A DNA stretch of 62,000 bases. Origin: Lama guanicoe. Lineage: Eukaryota. Numbering within the stretch: position 1 is the first letter of the stretch; each line of letters starts with the position of its first letter. The stretch spans positions 333,698-395,697 of the forward strand of contig MU053823.1 of the NCBI GenBank assembly GCA_013239625.1, given 5' to 3'. Of this stretch, positions 1 to 12,165 are shown piece by piece. The notes below the pieces were generated by a model. It did no database searches. It saw only the letters and a program-made list of their open reading frames with translations, and was not told the origin of the DNA. Made by a program: the position numbers and the translations under genes.

Positions 1-49
1 TGTATCATTTCCTCAAGCAAATGGATGTTAACACCATTAAGTTTAATTG

Positions 50-1296
50 AACTGGGTCATTACTAGGTGTCAAAGTGTCACCCCCAAATTACTTGCTAAT
101 TTCAAAAAAGGGACACATCTTTTCCACTGGAAGAATTAGATTGTCACCACCTTAACCAAGTAATCAAATTTATTATCACTAATAATGGATCAACCTGATA
201 CTAGGTGCCTCTTAAAGATCACAGCATTATGTATATTTTTTAACCAAGTGTTTTTTCCAAAAATGTTTAGCGTAAATCTAATTAAGACTTCAGAGCTACT
301 TGCAGAAGATAAAGGAACAAGTTCTGTTACACAGTAAAGAAATAATCAGACAAATCAGGAATATCGAATATTCTCTAAGACAACAACTAGGCTTCCTCAA
401 AGGTCAATATCATATTCCAGAATGGGGACATTCTACAAGTTATCTAGCCTGATCCCTCTATCTCCCTTTCTCTCTCTCTCTCTGTTTCTCAAAACAAGCA
501 AACAAAAAATCAATCTAAATGAAAAAATAAAGGGGATTAGTTTAGATTAAGAGAAAAATTTTAAATGTTAACTATCAAATGTAATGCATGAATTTGATCA
601 GATCCTAGTTTGAAAAAAAACTCAGTTATTTGGAAAACTTAGAACTGAATATTAAATGATACTAAATAACTATTGTTAATTTTCTTAGGTGTGATAATAA
701 TATGATTATTTAAGATAGTCTTTTTAATTCTTTGACATTGGTCTTAGTAATATTTTTTTGGAAATGTCTCCTCAGGTAAGGGAAACAAAAGCAAACCAAT
801 TAAAAATTGGGCAGAGGATCAGTTTGAAATGTATAGAAATATCAAATCATTATGTGATATAACAGGTTCTAACATAGCACTGCAGGTCAATTATAATTCA
901 AAAACAAACTCATAGAAACAGATCAGATTTTTTTGTTGCTGAGTCAGGGGATGGGGGGACAGGGGATTGGATGAAGGCAGTCAAAAGGTACAAATTTCCA
1001 ATCATAAGATAAATAAGTACTAGGGATGAAATGTACAACATGATAAATATAATTAACACTGCTGTATGTTATATAGGAAAGTTGTTAAGAGAGTAAATCC
1101 TGAGAGTTCTCATCACCAGGAAAATAACTGTTTTCTATTTCTTTAATTTTGTGTCTATATAAGATGATATCTGTTTGCTAAACTTATTGTGATAATCATT
1201 CCATGATGTACGTAAGTCAAATCATTATGTTGTACACCTTAAACGTACACAGTTCTGTATGTCCATTATATCTCAATAAAATAAGAAGAAAAAAAA
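50..1296 (+). mobile_element. L1 3' fragments (old L1MC/ME-type end, then a younger L1 3'UTR)
   Basis: Recognisable L1 3'UTR phrases (cacctaaccaagt-like, ggtacaaatttcca...aagataaataagtactagggatg), ending tatatctcaataaa + A-tail at ~1270-1296. Confidence 0.75.
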
Positions 1297-1393
1297 TTAT
1301 CTCTGGCAATAGCTTTCTTTCTGGGCCAGCCCCATCTCCCACCCTGACCTGCAACTACATTCTTTTAGGCATTTAAGAAAGAGATAAAGGCAG

Positions 1394-1463
1394 GAGGGTA
1401 GAGTGCAATGGTAGAGAGTGCAGGCTTGGCATGCATGAGGTCCTGGATTAAAAAAAAAAAAAA
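1394..1463 (+). mobile_element. degenerate, truncated tRNA-derived SINE (Vic-1-like)
   Basis: gagggtagagtgcaatggtagagagtgcaggcttggcatgcatgaggtcctgg followed directly by poly(A). Confidence 0.75.
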
Positions 1464-1469
1464 GAGGTA

Positions 1470-1570
1470 TAAGTTTTTCCTAAGTCTGCTGGATCTTGAT
1501 TGTCTTCAGCTCAAAATAATCTACCTGCCAAAGAGGCTTATTTTGGGGTGGCATATTCTGTCCCCCTTCA
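1470..1570 (-). mobile_element. ERV1 LTR fragment (MER34-like)
   Basis: Reverse complement begins tgaagggggacagaatatgccaccccaaaataagcctctttggca...ttattttgagctgaag, resembling the MER34-class LTR 5' end (from memory). Confidence 0.5.
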
Positions 1571-3097
1571 AGATTAAGGGAGGATAAAACTTGCACAAAC
1601 TAGGCTATATACACAATAAAGTGGCAACTATCACTGAGATAACTGTGGATTGCTATAAATTCCAGAAAAAAAAACACTTCCTCGAATGACAAAAAACTTT
1701 TCTCACATAGGGAGTCAAGAAGCAGGTTTGGGCATCAGTCAGGCAGAAGTAGTCTCTGGAAGCAAGAAAGTGTTCAACCAGGAAAACAGCATTTCCAACT
1801 GGAAGCTGCCTGAGGTTTCTGAATAAATGGCTGTAGCAACCAGGCTAGAAAAAATCAGCTGATTTCATGGATACTTTGGTTGCTTGAAGATGAAATACCA
1901 TGCTCCGTAAACTCACAATTTTTGCTCTTCCGTTTCTTAGTAAAAATTCTTTTAGTTAACTTCAGTGTTTCAAATTCAGTGTTTCAAATTTTTGGTGTTC
2001 CAAGTTGGAACTTGGAGCAGGGGTTGACTAAAGAAATGGTGTGGGGAGGAAGGAGTAATTTGACAACAGAAACAAGGCACAACTATGGAAATCAGAGCAC
2101 CTCAGTAATAGGGCAGAATTTGAGCAGAGGAACAAATAACGCCACGGGGTAGCTGGTGAGATCAACCTCCAGGGGTCAGCAGAGTCTAAAATAACTCCGG
2201 CCGTGTCCACACTTGGAGCCTAACCTGAGTGCTCAATATTACACCGAGCTGATAAAGAAAGAATACAGGTGATATTGAAGGAGAAACTAAAAAGAATTCT
2301 AAATCAGGAAAGAAAATAGTGGTGAAGGAGAGCACCAATCAGTAATAAGCGTATGGCTTCCGTGCATATGGGGAAAGGAACAGCAGCTCTGAGGACATGG
2401 AGATGGAAACACAAACAACGCTTTCTCTATGATTATCTTTAAAATTTTCATTTGAATACATGAGCGGTTACTGAAGGAGAAAGAAGGCAGCCGGGGTGTC
2501 TGAGATGTATTTCAAAAGTACAGAGAAATGACACAAGCCCTTACAATTGTAAGGATCGAGTTGTTCCAGGATGTTTTAAGTGTTCACCAAACGTTACTGC
2601 ATGTTTACCTTTGGCATGGAATATTGCCTTAGGAGAATTGTCTACTCTATAAATTATATTACCTCGTAGTGAAAAAAGGTTGTGGGGGTGGATATTCTTA
2701 TTTCTTCCTTTTGTTAAATACACTCCTGAATTATTTCTTAGTATTTGAACTGCAAAGCCACTAGGTGTCACTCCTGGAGAGAAATTCTTGAAGTTTGCAA
2801 CAAATTCTTTTAAAATACAGCAGCCCATGGAACCAGCACTCAGGAATGTTAACCTAATTGATGTTCTCAGCTATCAAACCTGAGAACTGGGCACCTTTGC
2901 TGGTTTTCAGGCTGACAGGTATGGGAGGAGTTGGACTTGTGCCCTGAGGCTAGAACTCGAATTCCCACAAGTGTTCCACATCTCAGAGGGAAGGAGGGAG
3001 ATTCCCCCTGGGGAAGAAGCTCTTCTTCTCCCTGTTCTCTCTCAGTCTGCCCCACCCCTTTCCTTTTCCCGGTCCCCTTTCCTCACTGAATTCTCAC

Positions 3098-3150
3098 CTG
3101 GTCATTCACTGGAACAAAGTTGCTGGTCAGGGTGACAATGCGGAAATGCA
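3098..3150 (-). CDS. A2ML1: A2ML1 exon 4 (53 nt); gene continues beyond the left edge
   Basis: Read by hand: ctctag|TG CAT TTC CGC...GAC CAG|gtgaga = (V)HFRIVTLTSNFVPVNDQ. Cumulative 465 nt, frame intact. Confidence 0.94.
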
Positions 3151-3716
3151 CTAGAGGGAAACAGACATGATTAGCAAGGGGGATTTTTTTCCTCTCTCAG
3201 CATCTTTCTTTCTTCCACCCTTTCTGTTTCCTCATACATCCTTCTGAGTCAGCAGAAACCTGTCAGGTTTTCCTTCTTTAATAAAACCTAGTCTGAGAGA
3301 GAATTAAAGCCCCGGTTTTCCTTCATGGCTCCTGACTTTGGAACCTCAGAATGGAATCCCCTTCTAAGGAAGAAGGAAAAAATACAAATGACAGGAGCTC
3401 GAGCCAAATGCCCTTGATGCTTTCTGATCTGAACACAGGCAGCTTGCTGTGAGACTCAGTGATCCAGTTACACCTGCCAAATTCCGCTCCAGGAGAAATG
3501 TGTATCCTCTTTTAGATACACACACAGCGGCAACTCCACCCACTGCTCTTTCGCTTTGTGTAGCACTGCATGTATTCAACACTCATAACACTTTATCCCC
3601 TTAGACCTTCCTCTCTTCCGTGGTCCACAGACCTACCGGCAACCCACAAAGCCCCTCTACAGATGTGTGCAGCTGGTTCCCAGGCTTCCGTCTCACCCCA
3701 TCTGCGTGTCTCTCAC

Positions 3717-3879
3717 CTTGCTGCCCTGGGTTGTAGACAGGTTTGTCAGTTTGTATAAAGATGCCATTCTGCTGCCTCTGAATTAGAACCTTTTTCTTCT
3801 CCTCAAAGCTGATGTTTTTTCCAGTTCCTGACACCCGGACTGTGGCCACTTCTTCTCTGCCACCAGCAGGAGGTGGTAC
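3717..3879 (-). CDS. A2ML1: A2ML1 exon 3 (163 nt)
   Basis: Acceptor ccag|GTA; translates VPPPAGGREEVATVRVSGTGKNISFEEKKKVLIQRQQNGIFIQTDKPVYNPGQQ, with the A2M-family F-x-QTDKP-x-Y-x-PGQ motif; donor CAAG|gtgaga. Confidence 0.96.
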
Positions 3880-4172
3880 CTGGCCAAGACAGGGGAGCTC
3901 TGGCAAGAAGTAGGGGACTAGGGGGAAAGAGTCAACTGGTCTCAACCCAACAGGGAGAGTAAAAGGAAAGAAATGAGTTAAATGGGGGTAGCAAGGGTAG
4001 AGCCATTAAGTCAGAAGTTACGGCCAGGAACTGAAGTTTAGGAGAAATAAGGTTTAAAGGCCATGGCAAAAGTAAGATAACAGATAAGATAACTAAAGAG
4101 AGATTATAAGTCAGTAACCAGGGACAAGAACAAGGAAGTTGGGGACTAGAGTTGGGCTAACCCTGTGCTTAC

Positions 4173-4356
4173 CAAAAAGGACATGCAACGTAAGTGTCTC
4201 GTCTTCAGTCCAGATTGTTCTAGCAATGTGTGGGTCTTGTCCTTGGCCTCCAGAGTAATAGTGAATTTTACATCACTGTACCCAGGGCTCAGATCCAAAC
4301 AAACCTTCTCAGAAGAGGGAAACTTGAGCTGGGCTGGTAATGTCACCAGGTAGTTT
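4173..4356 (-). CDS. A2ML1: A2ML1 exon 2 (184 nt)
   Basis: Acceptor atag|A AAC TAC; translates NYLVTLPAQLKFPSSEKVCLDLSPGYSDVKFTITLEAKDKTHTLLEQSGLKTRHLRCMSFL; donor TTG|gtaagc. Confidence 0.96.
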
Positions 4357-4821
4357 CTATTAAAGAAGCAAAAGGATTTCAGGGCAATAATGATTTACCT
4401 ATTCAATGAAAAATTCACTCCTCCCCTAAGCACTCAGCACACAGGCGTGAATTAAACAGACCGAGCCCCTGCCTTTATGAAACTTATTTTCTACAAGGGA
4501 GAAGCAGACAAGGAACAAATAACACAGTGTACAGCCTTAAACTTCCCACCATTAGGAGGCCATCACTGAGAACCTAGGTCTAGGGTGCCAAGGAGGAAAT
4601 TAGCTCTATTACGGAGAACAGGGCACAAGGATTCTATCATATTCTAACATTACCTTTTTTTAAAAAAAAAAAAAAAAGCTTTTTCTTTGTGCCTTAGCTT
4701 TTCTTCCTGGGTAAAGGAGAAATGAAATCAAAGAAGGGAAAAGAGGAGAAGGTGGTTCTGTTTGAGACAGACAGAGGAGGAAGCTGTCTGCCCTATTATC
4801 AGCTTTGACACAAGCACTTAC

Positions 4822-4886
4822 GGGAGGAGTTTCTCTGCGATGGCTGGCATTAGGGCCAGTATTCCTAGAAGGAGTTGAGCCCACAT
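4822..4886 (-). CDS. A2ML1: A2ML1 exon 1, coding part (signal peptide)
   Basis: ATG at 4886; translates MWAQLLLGILALMPAIAEKLL(P), matching the A2ML1 signal peptide; 65 nt; donor CC|gtaagt. The ORF track shows a wrong frame here. Confidence 0.95.
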
Positions 4887-5120
4887 CTCTGTGGGATTGA
4901 CTCCTCAGGACCAGGAACTGGAGGTCTGCTCACCTACTGTCGCATATATATTAACACCCTAGGTGGGGTGGGAAGCTAGGGCTGATGCTGCACCCAATTA
5001 CATTTTGGGGCCTCAGGCGGAGGTGGCAGATCAGGGTAGGGCTACTGTTCACGTCCTGAAATTTACTTTTCTCTGAGACATTGGTACTGGCTCAGCCAGT
5101 CCAGAAAACCTGTTTTGAGG
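4887..5120 (-). promoter_or_regulatory. A2ML1: A2ML1 5'UTR and proximal promoter
   Basis: TATA-like TATATA at ~4944-4952, about 60 nt upstream of the ATG; KLF-type GGTGGGGTGGG 4962-4972; CCAAT 4994-4998; GRHL-like AAAACCTGTTTT 5105-5116. Confidence 0.65.
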
Positions 5121-5569
5121 AAAAGCCAGGGCTGAGTGTTCACAGTGGTAGAGCTCTCAGAACACATCTTGGACTCTTCTCTTTTTTCTAGTTTCATTAC
5201 AAATTCCCATCCCCATTTGGGAACACAGGTATGGGAGTAGTATCAACAGAAAAGCAGTAAAACTTTATCTAATTGGAATTTTTTAATTAAAAATTAATTA
5301 CTCAGTATTGCTGTATGGAAATAGGAACACATACACTCCTAGAGGAAACAAATTGGACAATCTTCCTTTCACAGAGCAATTTCACAATACACATCAAGAG
5401 CCTCTCAGATTTGCATATTCTTTGACCCAGTGACTCCTATTCTGGGAATGTATCTTAGGAGGGGAAGAAAAGCATGCATATATGTGAAAAATGTATTCAC
5501 ACTGAGTTTCTTCTCAGTGTTCTTTATAATGGCAAGACTTGAAAGTCACCGAAAGTATAAATTAGTGAG

Positions 5570-6280
5570 GATACTTTCTGGGAGCAAGGACCAACCCAGA
5601 TCAAGCCAACTTAACCAGAAAAGAGTTTTTGATAACTGGGGTGGATCAGACATGAAGATGGAACCAAAGGAGCCAGAGAAATTCTGAAGGCTTTATGACC
5701 TGGAATCAGAGACTTGATACTGCCTGGATTCTTTTTTTTTTTTTCCTTTGGCTTATTTATTTGCGAGGGAAGGTAATTAGGTTTATTTACTTATTTAGTG
5801 GAGGTACTGGGGATTGAACCCAGTACCTCCTGCATGCTAAGCACACACTCTACCACCGAGTTATACTCTCCCACTCCTGGACTCATTTTCCCCTCAATCT
5901 CTGTCTCATTTTCTTGTCTCCTGCTGCACACAGGATTTCCTGTAAGTAGCAGGAAAGATGGCAACTGTGAGTGCTCAATCCATATTCCTCCAGCTCTAGG
6001 ATCCCAGTAGATAACACATTTTCATCTAAGTTACAGAAATTTCTTAAGAAAGATTTTATTCCTCCTTCTCTCACGTGCTCACCTCTGAATCAATCATTGT
6101 AGCCAGGATACTATGATAAGGAGTTCCTGGGCCATTATTAACACCTGGAGACCAGGGTGATAGGATACCATGATTGACAGCCTCATAGGGCCACATGGCA
6201 TTGGGGAGGGGAAGTTCTCTAAAGGAAGAAGTGGGTTGGGGTAAAGATGCTGGGAAAATAAAACATTAAGTCTACTACAA
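5570..6280. mobile_element. old MaLR (MLT1-like) LTR, interrupted by a SINE
   Basis: Degenerate MLT1 phrases such as tctgaatcaatcattgtagccagg and ggagggaagttctctaaaggaagaag-like. Confidence 0.5.
5732..5873 (-). mobile_element. tRNA-derived SINE (Vic-1-like), inserted in an MLT1-like LTR
   Basis: Reverse-strand A/B boxes, aaataaacctaattacc tail and poly(T) on the + strand; imperfect TSD cctggattc / cctggactc. Confidence 0.9.
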
Positions 6281-6439
6281 TGCCCAATAATATGAGTTTG
6301 GTTGAATAAGTTACCATATTAATATAAAGTAACACTATTCAGCCATTAAAAGCAATGTTTTTATGACAAGAAGAATTGTTTGCTACACTAGTTGAAGGGG
6401 GAAGGGGAGGAAATAGGATACAAAACAATTTGTAGGAAG

Positions 6440-8885
6440 TTCTACTTCCACTTAGGATGTAAAAAACTGGAGAGAGCATTGCTCTCTCCCTGATAATGAG
6501 GGACAGCCAGACAAAAGGCAAAATCACAGCTTTTCTTGAACCAAAAAGTTAAATCTGAGAGCTGAATTGAGGTTGCAGGTCAACTAAGTAGCCTGAAATC
6601 TAAGGAGGCAGAGCTCCTCCAGAGGGGAGACTGGATATATGAACTGTCTCATCTGTGTCAGAGCACGGGAAGTATTGGGGCCATCAGAGAAGCAAGAACA
6701 CAGCCAGAACTATGACAGGCCTACGTGGGCTGGAGTAACTACTGAAAAATCTCTGTGTGCTCCAAAAGCCAGGGAAGCCTAAACTTATTCACAGGCTCTT
6801 TTCCAAGACCTTGACCAGATGCTCACAAGAAACACTGGTCGAGGGTGAGAGACTAAATTAAGCCTCCCTTAGGAGTACAGGCATAACGGGCAGTATTATC
6901 TGTCATTTCAGGAAAGGGCCCAGCTGCCCATACTCTTCTCTCAAAAGGCTTAAGCCTCTGGGGAGGAGCAGCAAATACTGTTGCCCCCATTGTTGCAGAG
7001 GTGAAAACCCACTGTTGCCCAAGTAAGGATAGAGGGGGAAAACTCTACCCTGGGGGAGGGAACAGAAATAGTCCTCAGCCAAGGGTTCTATGCCAGTGCT
7101 TTTAGAGGTCTCCTAAAACTGAAGGAGAGTCAGGAAAAGCTTTCCCACACAAGACATGCCACAGATACAAAGCAGAGTTTGGCAGGGAGTAGAGACAGGA
7201 ATCCTGAGAAAAATCATATTCGCCAATGCCCAGGTATATAAAAACTACCTAAGACTGAAGACAAAGAGGACCACAGAGAACCACCCTACCCCCTCACCAC
7301 TACCCTAGCAAACACCAAGTAACTAGTAGTAACAGTCTGCCACTGGCCGAGAGGCAAGAACATGGAAAGAGACTACCTCCATATATACTTACTAGGTGCA
7401 TAAAGAAGGTTGAGAGTTGAGGGTGGAGAACAGACATTGAGAAATCCTTCCAGTGTTCCAGATCTCACCCTAAGCATAAGGCATCAGAAGAGGAATTTGA
7501 AGCTATGGTTCACTGAAAGTAACCTTGGCAATAGCAAAACCTAGCCCCACCTCACCTTTTAACTAGATTGACTCTAACCTCCATGCTAAACTGCCTGAGA
7601 ATAGGTGTGTCCATTTCCAGACACAAATACTATTTACCTAAATCGCTCCTATTCTACACAAGATGTCTGGCATTCATCAAAAGTTATATGATCTAACAAA
7701 AGAAGAACAAAGAAGACAACGTCCTGTCAAAATACAAAGCAACTAAGAGAAAGAGCTTCAGAGACGATCTACATGTCAGTACCATCAAAGAGGGACTTTG
7801 CCAGACAGGGAAAGATAAGTATTGTATGATATTGCTTGTATGTGGGATCTGAAAAATACAACAAACTAGTGAATATAACGTAAAAGAAGCAAACTCACAG
7901 ATATAGAGAAAAAACTAGTGGCTACCAGTAGGAGGGGGAGGGGCAACTTGGGATGGGGGGGTGGAAGGAACAAACTTTGGGTATAAGATAGGCTCAAGGA
8001 TGTATTGCACAACATGGGGAATATAGCAAATATTCTGTAATAAATATAAATGGAAGTTAACCTATAAAATTTAAAATTTTTAATAAAAAAGAGACTTTAA
8101 AATAACTAGGAATAATACATTAAAAGATCTAATGAAAAAGGTGGACAACATCCATGTACAGATAGGGAATTTTAGAAGAAAGACACAAGTGATAAAGTTG
8201 GACAGAAGTGCTGACAACAAAATCTGTGATATCAGAAATGAGAAGTTTCTTCTAAAGTCTCATTAGTAAACCTCATACAGCTGAGGGAATAATAAACCAA
8301 TATCTACCTTGAAGATAAGTCAATATGCATTACCCAAACTGAAACACTAAGCGGGAAAAGAGGAGAAATAAATTGAACAGAATAGTCAAGAGCTGTGGGA
8401 CAATATCAAATAGTTTAATGTACATGCTATTGGAATCCTAGAAGAGAGAAAAAAGCAGAAGAAATGTTTGAAGAGATAACAGATGAGAATTTTCCAAAAT
8501 TAATGAAAAACATCAAACAACAGATCCAGGAATTGTAGAAAATAAATGGATAATGCCATGATAAATCCCAAAAGAGAACACACCTAACCCATCATGTTCA
8601 AAATGCTCTAAACCAGAGAGAAATAGAAAGCAAGAGAAAAAAGACACATTACATATGGAAGAACAAGGATAAGAATTACAGCGAACTTCTCATGAAAAAC
8701 AATGTTATCCAGAAGACAATGGGTTGCCATCTTTAAAATACTGAAAGAAGAAAAAAGGAAATCCAGTGTTCTGTACTCAGCAGTAATGAGGGGGAAAACG
8801 TTTTTCAGAGAAACAAAAGCTGAGAGAACTTACTGCCAGCTGATCTGTGTTACAAGCAATATTAAAGGGTGTTCTTAAGGTAGGA
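6440..8885 (+). mobile_element. old L1 5'UTR/ORF1 remnant
   Basis: ORF1-like phrases (gagctgtgggacaatatcaaa, ttggaatcctagaagagaga, gagaattttccaaaattaatgaaa, agaagacaatgg...atctttaaaatactgaaag) with many disruptions. Confidence 0.75.
7800..8090 (+). mobile_element. younger L1 3'UTR nested in the old L1
   Basis: aaagataagtattgtatgatattgcttgtatgtgggatct...ggtataagataggctcaaggatgtattgcacaacatggggaatatagc; imperfect TSD aaagagggacttt / aaagagacttt. Confidence 0.8.
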
Positions 8886-8894
8886 GATATAAGA

Positions 8895-9108
8895 CAGGGG
8901 TTGACAAACTGCATCCTGCAGGCCAAACCCAGCCTGCCACAGGTTTGGTAAATAAAGTTTTATTGGAGCCCAGTAATATTCATTTGGTCACAGATTATCA
9001 ATGGCTGCTGTGCAATAGCAGATTTGAGGGATTATTAGAGACTTCCTGGCATGCAAAGCCAACATCAGTTACTACCTGGTAGTTTACAGAAAAAGTGTGC
9101 TCACCTCT
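8895..9108. mobile_element. MER58-like hAT-Charlie MITE
   Basis: caggggttgacaaact...gtaaataaagttttattgga...tttacagaaaaagtgtgctcacctct. Confidence 0.8.
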
Positions 9109-9724
9109 AGAATAAGATGCCATACAGAAACTGCAAATAAATGAAGGTCTCCAGACATGGTATCAAACAAAATAAATATAAGAGACACTTAAGCAAAATT
9201 TTAATCACTCTAAAAGGCAAATGACTGCCTAAACCAAAAACTTCAATGTGAGCTGTAATATAGGGGTAAGGCATTTTTTACATGTCAAAACAAAGGCACT
9301 GAAAAATGAAGAAAGAAATTTTGTAGAACCTGCTTAGCATAATTCCTTTGGCATCCTCTCCTTCTCTCCTCCTATTTTGAATTTTCTGATTGTAAATTTT
9401 TCTCCTTATCTATCGTCCCTTTGTAACTTGTTCAGGGCCCACCACTATTCATGTCTATTTCTCTCAGCTTTCCTAAAATCCCAGTACAGACACCTTTATT
9501 CTCCTTACCCAAGAATCTTCTTTTACCCTGGCCTTTTGATCTTAGTAGATAAGATCTGTTAATGCTGGGATCTTGTTGAACATTTTCCCATCCAGTGAAT
9601 CTAAAGAGAAGAATGGAGACAGGTCTGCTTCCAGCTACGGGAGCTATCTGTGCCTCAGCAACCAGAAGACACCAAACTTGCAGAAGAAAGAAAATTGTGC
9701 AAAGAATCTGTACAGAGGATGTCA

Positions 9725-9885
9725 TTGTGACCCATGACAAGTTATTAACCTCTCTGTGCTTTGGTTTCGTCTTCTATAAAATGGGAATAATAGAACATAT
9801 TTTACAGAGTTGGTATAAAAATCAAATGATTTGACACATGGACAGTACCTAGCACAGTGCCTGGCACATAGTAAGCTTCCTGCAA
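9725..9885 (+). mobile_element. MIR
   Basis: Core tgtgacc...aagttattaacctctctgtgc...ataaaatgggaataatag...agcacagtgcctggcacatagtaag. Confidence 0.85.
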
Positions 9886-10231
9886 ATTTGGGGGGAAAGG
9901 AAGGGAGTTACCACCTGAAGCTGGGGCCACTCCTTACCTGCCTCTGTCTCCTCCACCCTCCTCTACTAATTATAGGCTCGACTCTTTCTTTTCCAAATCT
10001 GTTTGAGTGAACTATGCAATGTGTCAGTATTCAACTATGAATGCATCAGGACAAATAAAGTTGCAACTCAACTCCACCCAAGCTTCAACAGTACCTGGGC
10101 CAACATTTAGTTTCCTAAAATAAGGAATGAAAGAAAATTGCAATTTCCTATTAAAAGAAGCAAAGGAGAAACACAGAGATTACTTGCTCAGATTATACTT
10201 GGGATAAGGACTTCTTTTCAACCAATACTTA

Positions 10232-10410
10232 TTGACAGGATGAAGCGCTTCCCCTCAAAATTTGTATTTTGAAGGCCTAACCCCAGTCAGTACCTCAGAA
10301 TGTGACTGTTTTTGGAGATAGGGTCCAGTCTGCCAGCCTCCCCTACAGATTCTGGACTTGCCTTTACAGTCATGTGAGCCAATGATCAATATTTCTCTCT
10401 CTCTCTTGCT
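10232..10410. mobile_element. short MLT1-like and MLT2-like LTR fragments
   Basis: tacctcagaatgtgactgtttttggagatagggtc joined to cctacagattctggacttgcc...catgtgagccaat. Confidence 0.6.
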
Positions 10411-11229
10411 TTATATTTGATTTATATGTATACATAAATAATATATATTATCATATATGTGAGATACATATGAAAAGTCTAAACCAGTAAGAAAAATACT
10501 AAAGAAATGCCATTAAATAGCATATGATTTAGTGCCTAAAGCATGTTACTGATGTGACTCATTTAGAAGACAAATCTGTGGACTCAGAGTTGTAAGGAAA
10601 AGTTCAAAGGAGTACAGAGTGTAACTAAGAATTTTCACAGCATCTCTTTCATATAGGTTTCTGTTAGACTTTTACCTCCTTTACTTTTTAAACTTTAAAC
10701 CTTTCCTCTTCAAAAAGAAAGTCTTCCTTTTGAAAAACAGGACCTTCCCCCTCAATCCTAACCATGTTATTTTATCTATGAGGCAGTCTTATCCATATTA
10801 AGCTACCCTTTCTAATCCGGTGGGACTATTTGGGGGAAGAGAAAAGGGGGAGAGGTTGTGAAACAGCCGTAAGTGCTTCCTGTGAAATATAAACTTCCTT
10901 CTGGAGAAGAAGACTGTAAGGGATTAACAGGAAAAGAGACCTTAAGTTTTCCTAGGAATTCAGCAATGCTGGGCATATAATAAGCATTCAATACTTTTTT
11001 GCTGACTGTTTAAGAGAACCCGTAGGACACAAATTCTTCACAGCAAGATATTAGATAAAGTTACACTATATCGCCAACCACTGTTTTATTACTGTGGTTA
11101 TATAATATGTGAACCCAAGGGAAGCACATGCTGTATCTTCAGCCCACTTAAAACAGTGTCTGGCTGAGATATGCATTTAATAAATATGAGTGAATGAAAA
11201 AAATGAGAGCAAAAAGGCCTAAATAAGGT

Positions 11230-12165
11230 GATTTTAGCAAAAATCATACAGTAAAGACCTCCAAATTTTGTTCCTCTGTAAAAGCAACCAAAAAAAGGCC
11301 TGGCATAAACAGTCAGAATCCGCTCCAGAATCTGAAATTAACCTAAGGCTTGCAGCAATCCAGGGAACATTTAGTTAAGAAAAAGAGCTGAACCCTGGTA
11401 ACGGCAATGAGCTTTGTGGCATTTTAAATTATCTTAGCCCTATCCCCGCTCCTCAGTTTCATGGCAGCCTTAAAAATAACAGCCTGCATTTCTAATACTG
11501 GGGGAACAGAAAAGACCTCATTCCCAAAGGAATGTCATTATTTGATCTATCTGCTAGCGGTTCCCTGGAAGGCCACTGGAAAGACTCTTTTTTATTCAAC
11601 TTCACACAGAGCTGCCCATACTAACCACCTCAAGGAGAGAGAGAAGAGCTTTTGCTAATGTTTTAACATCACAGCTGCCTAAGATGTTGACATAAACAAT
11701 AGATTAACCAAAAAGCTTAAAAAGAAAAGCTGAGGAATGAGATATCCATAGGGACCTTGAAAAACTCTGATACTGAAAAATTCTTTGCAATTACTTCAAA
11801 AGCCGATAAGCAAACAAAACTATAAAAGCAAAACCATAAACTCTGAGGAGGCAGGAGAATGTAATTTCCAGAGTTGCCACATTTTATTATTTGAGATGCT
11901 TAGTTTTAAAAAAAAAAATTAAGAGAAACAAGAAGGAATTACCTATACACAGGGAAAAAAAAAAGAAGGAATAGTCCTTGAAGAAGCCCAGATATTGTAC
12001 TTACTAGATAAAAAAACTTTGAGTCAATTATTTTAAATATGGTCAAAAAACTAACAGAAATCATGTCTATAGAACTAAAGAAAGTATGGGAATGATGTCT
12101 CATCAAATTAAGAATATCAGTAAAGAGACAGAAAGATTTTAAAGGGGATTGTGGAGTTGAAAAGT
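11230..12165 (+). mobile_element. old L1 (L1M4-type) 5' region
   Basis: aaggcttgcagcaatccaggga, gagctttgtggcattttaa, tttccagagttgccacatt, agaactaaagaaagtatg...gaatatcagtaaagagacagaa. Confidence 0.7.

Noticed and set aside
1..3097. A2ML1 exon 5 (short YSMVELQ-type exon), or pseudogenisation because it is missing
   Set aside because: No match found by eye; the ccatgg at ~2825 lacks splice sites and frame. It most likely lies beyond the window edge, and exons 1-4 are intact, so there is no evidence for a pseudogene.
5798..6010. ORFs sharing an (E)VLGIEP..CMLS motif (also 37540-37860 and 56023-56277), suggesting a peptide family
   Set aside because: All are translations of the antisense strand of the same SINE.
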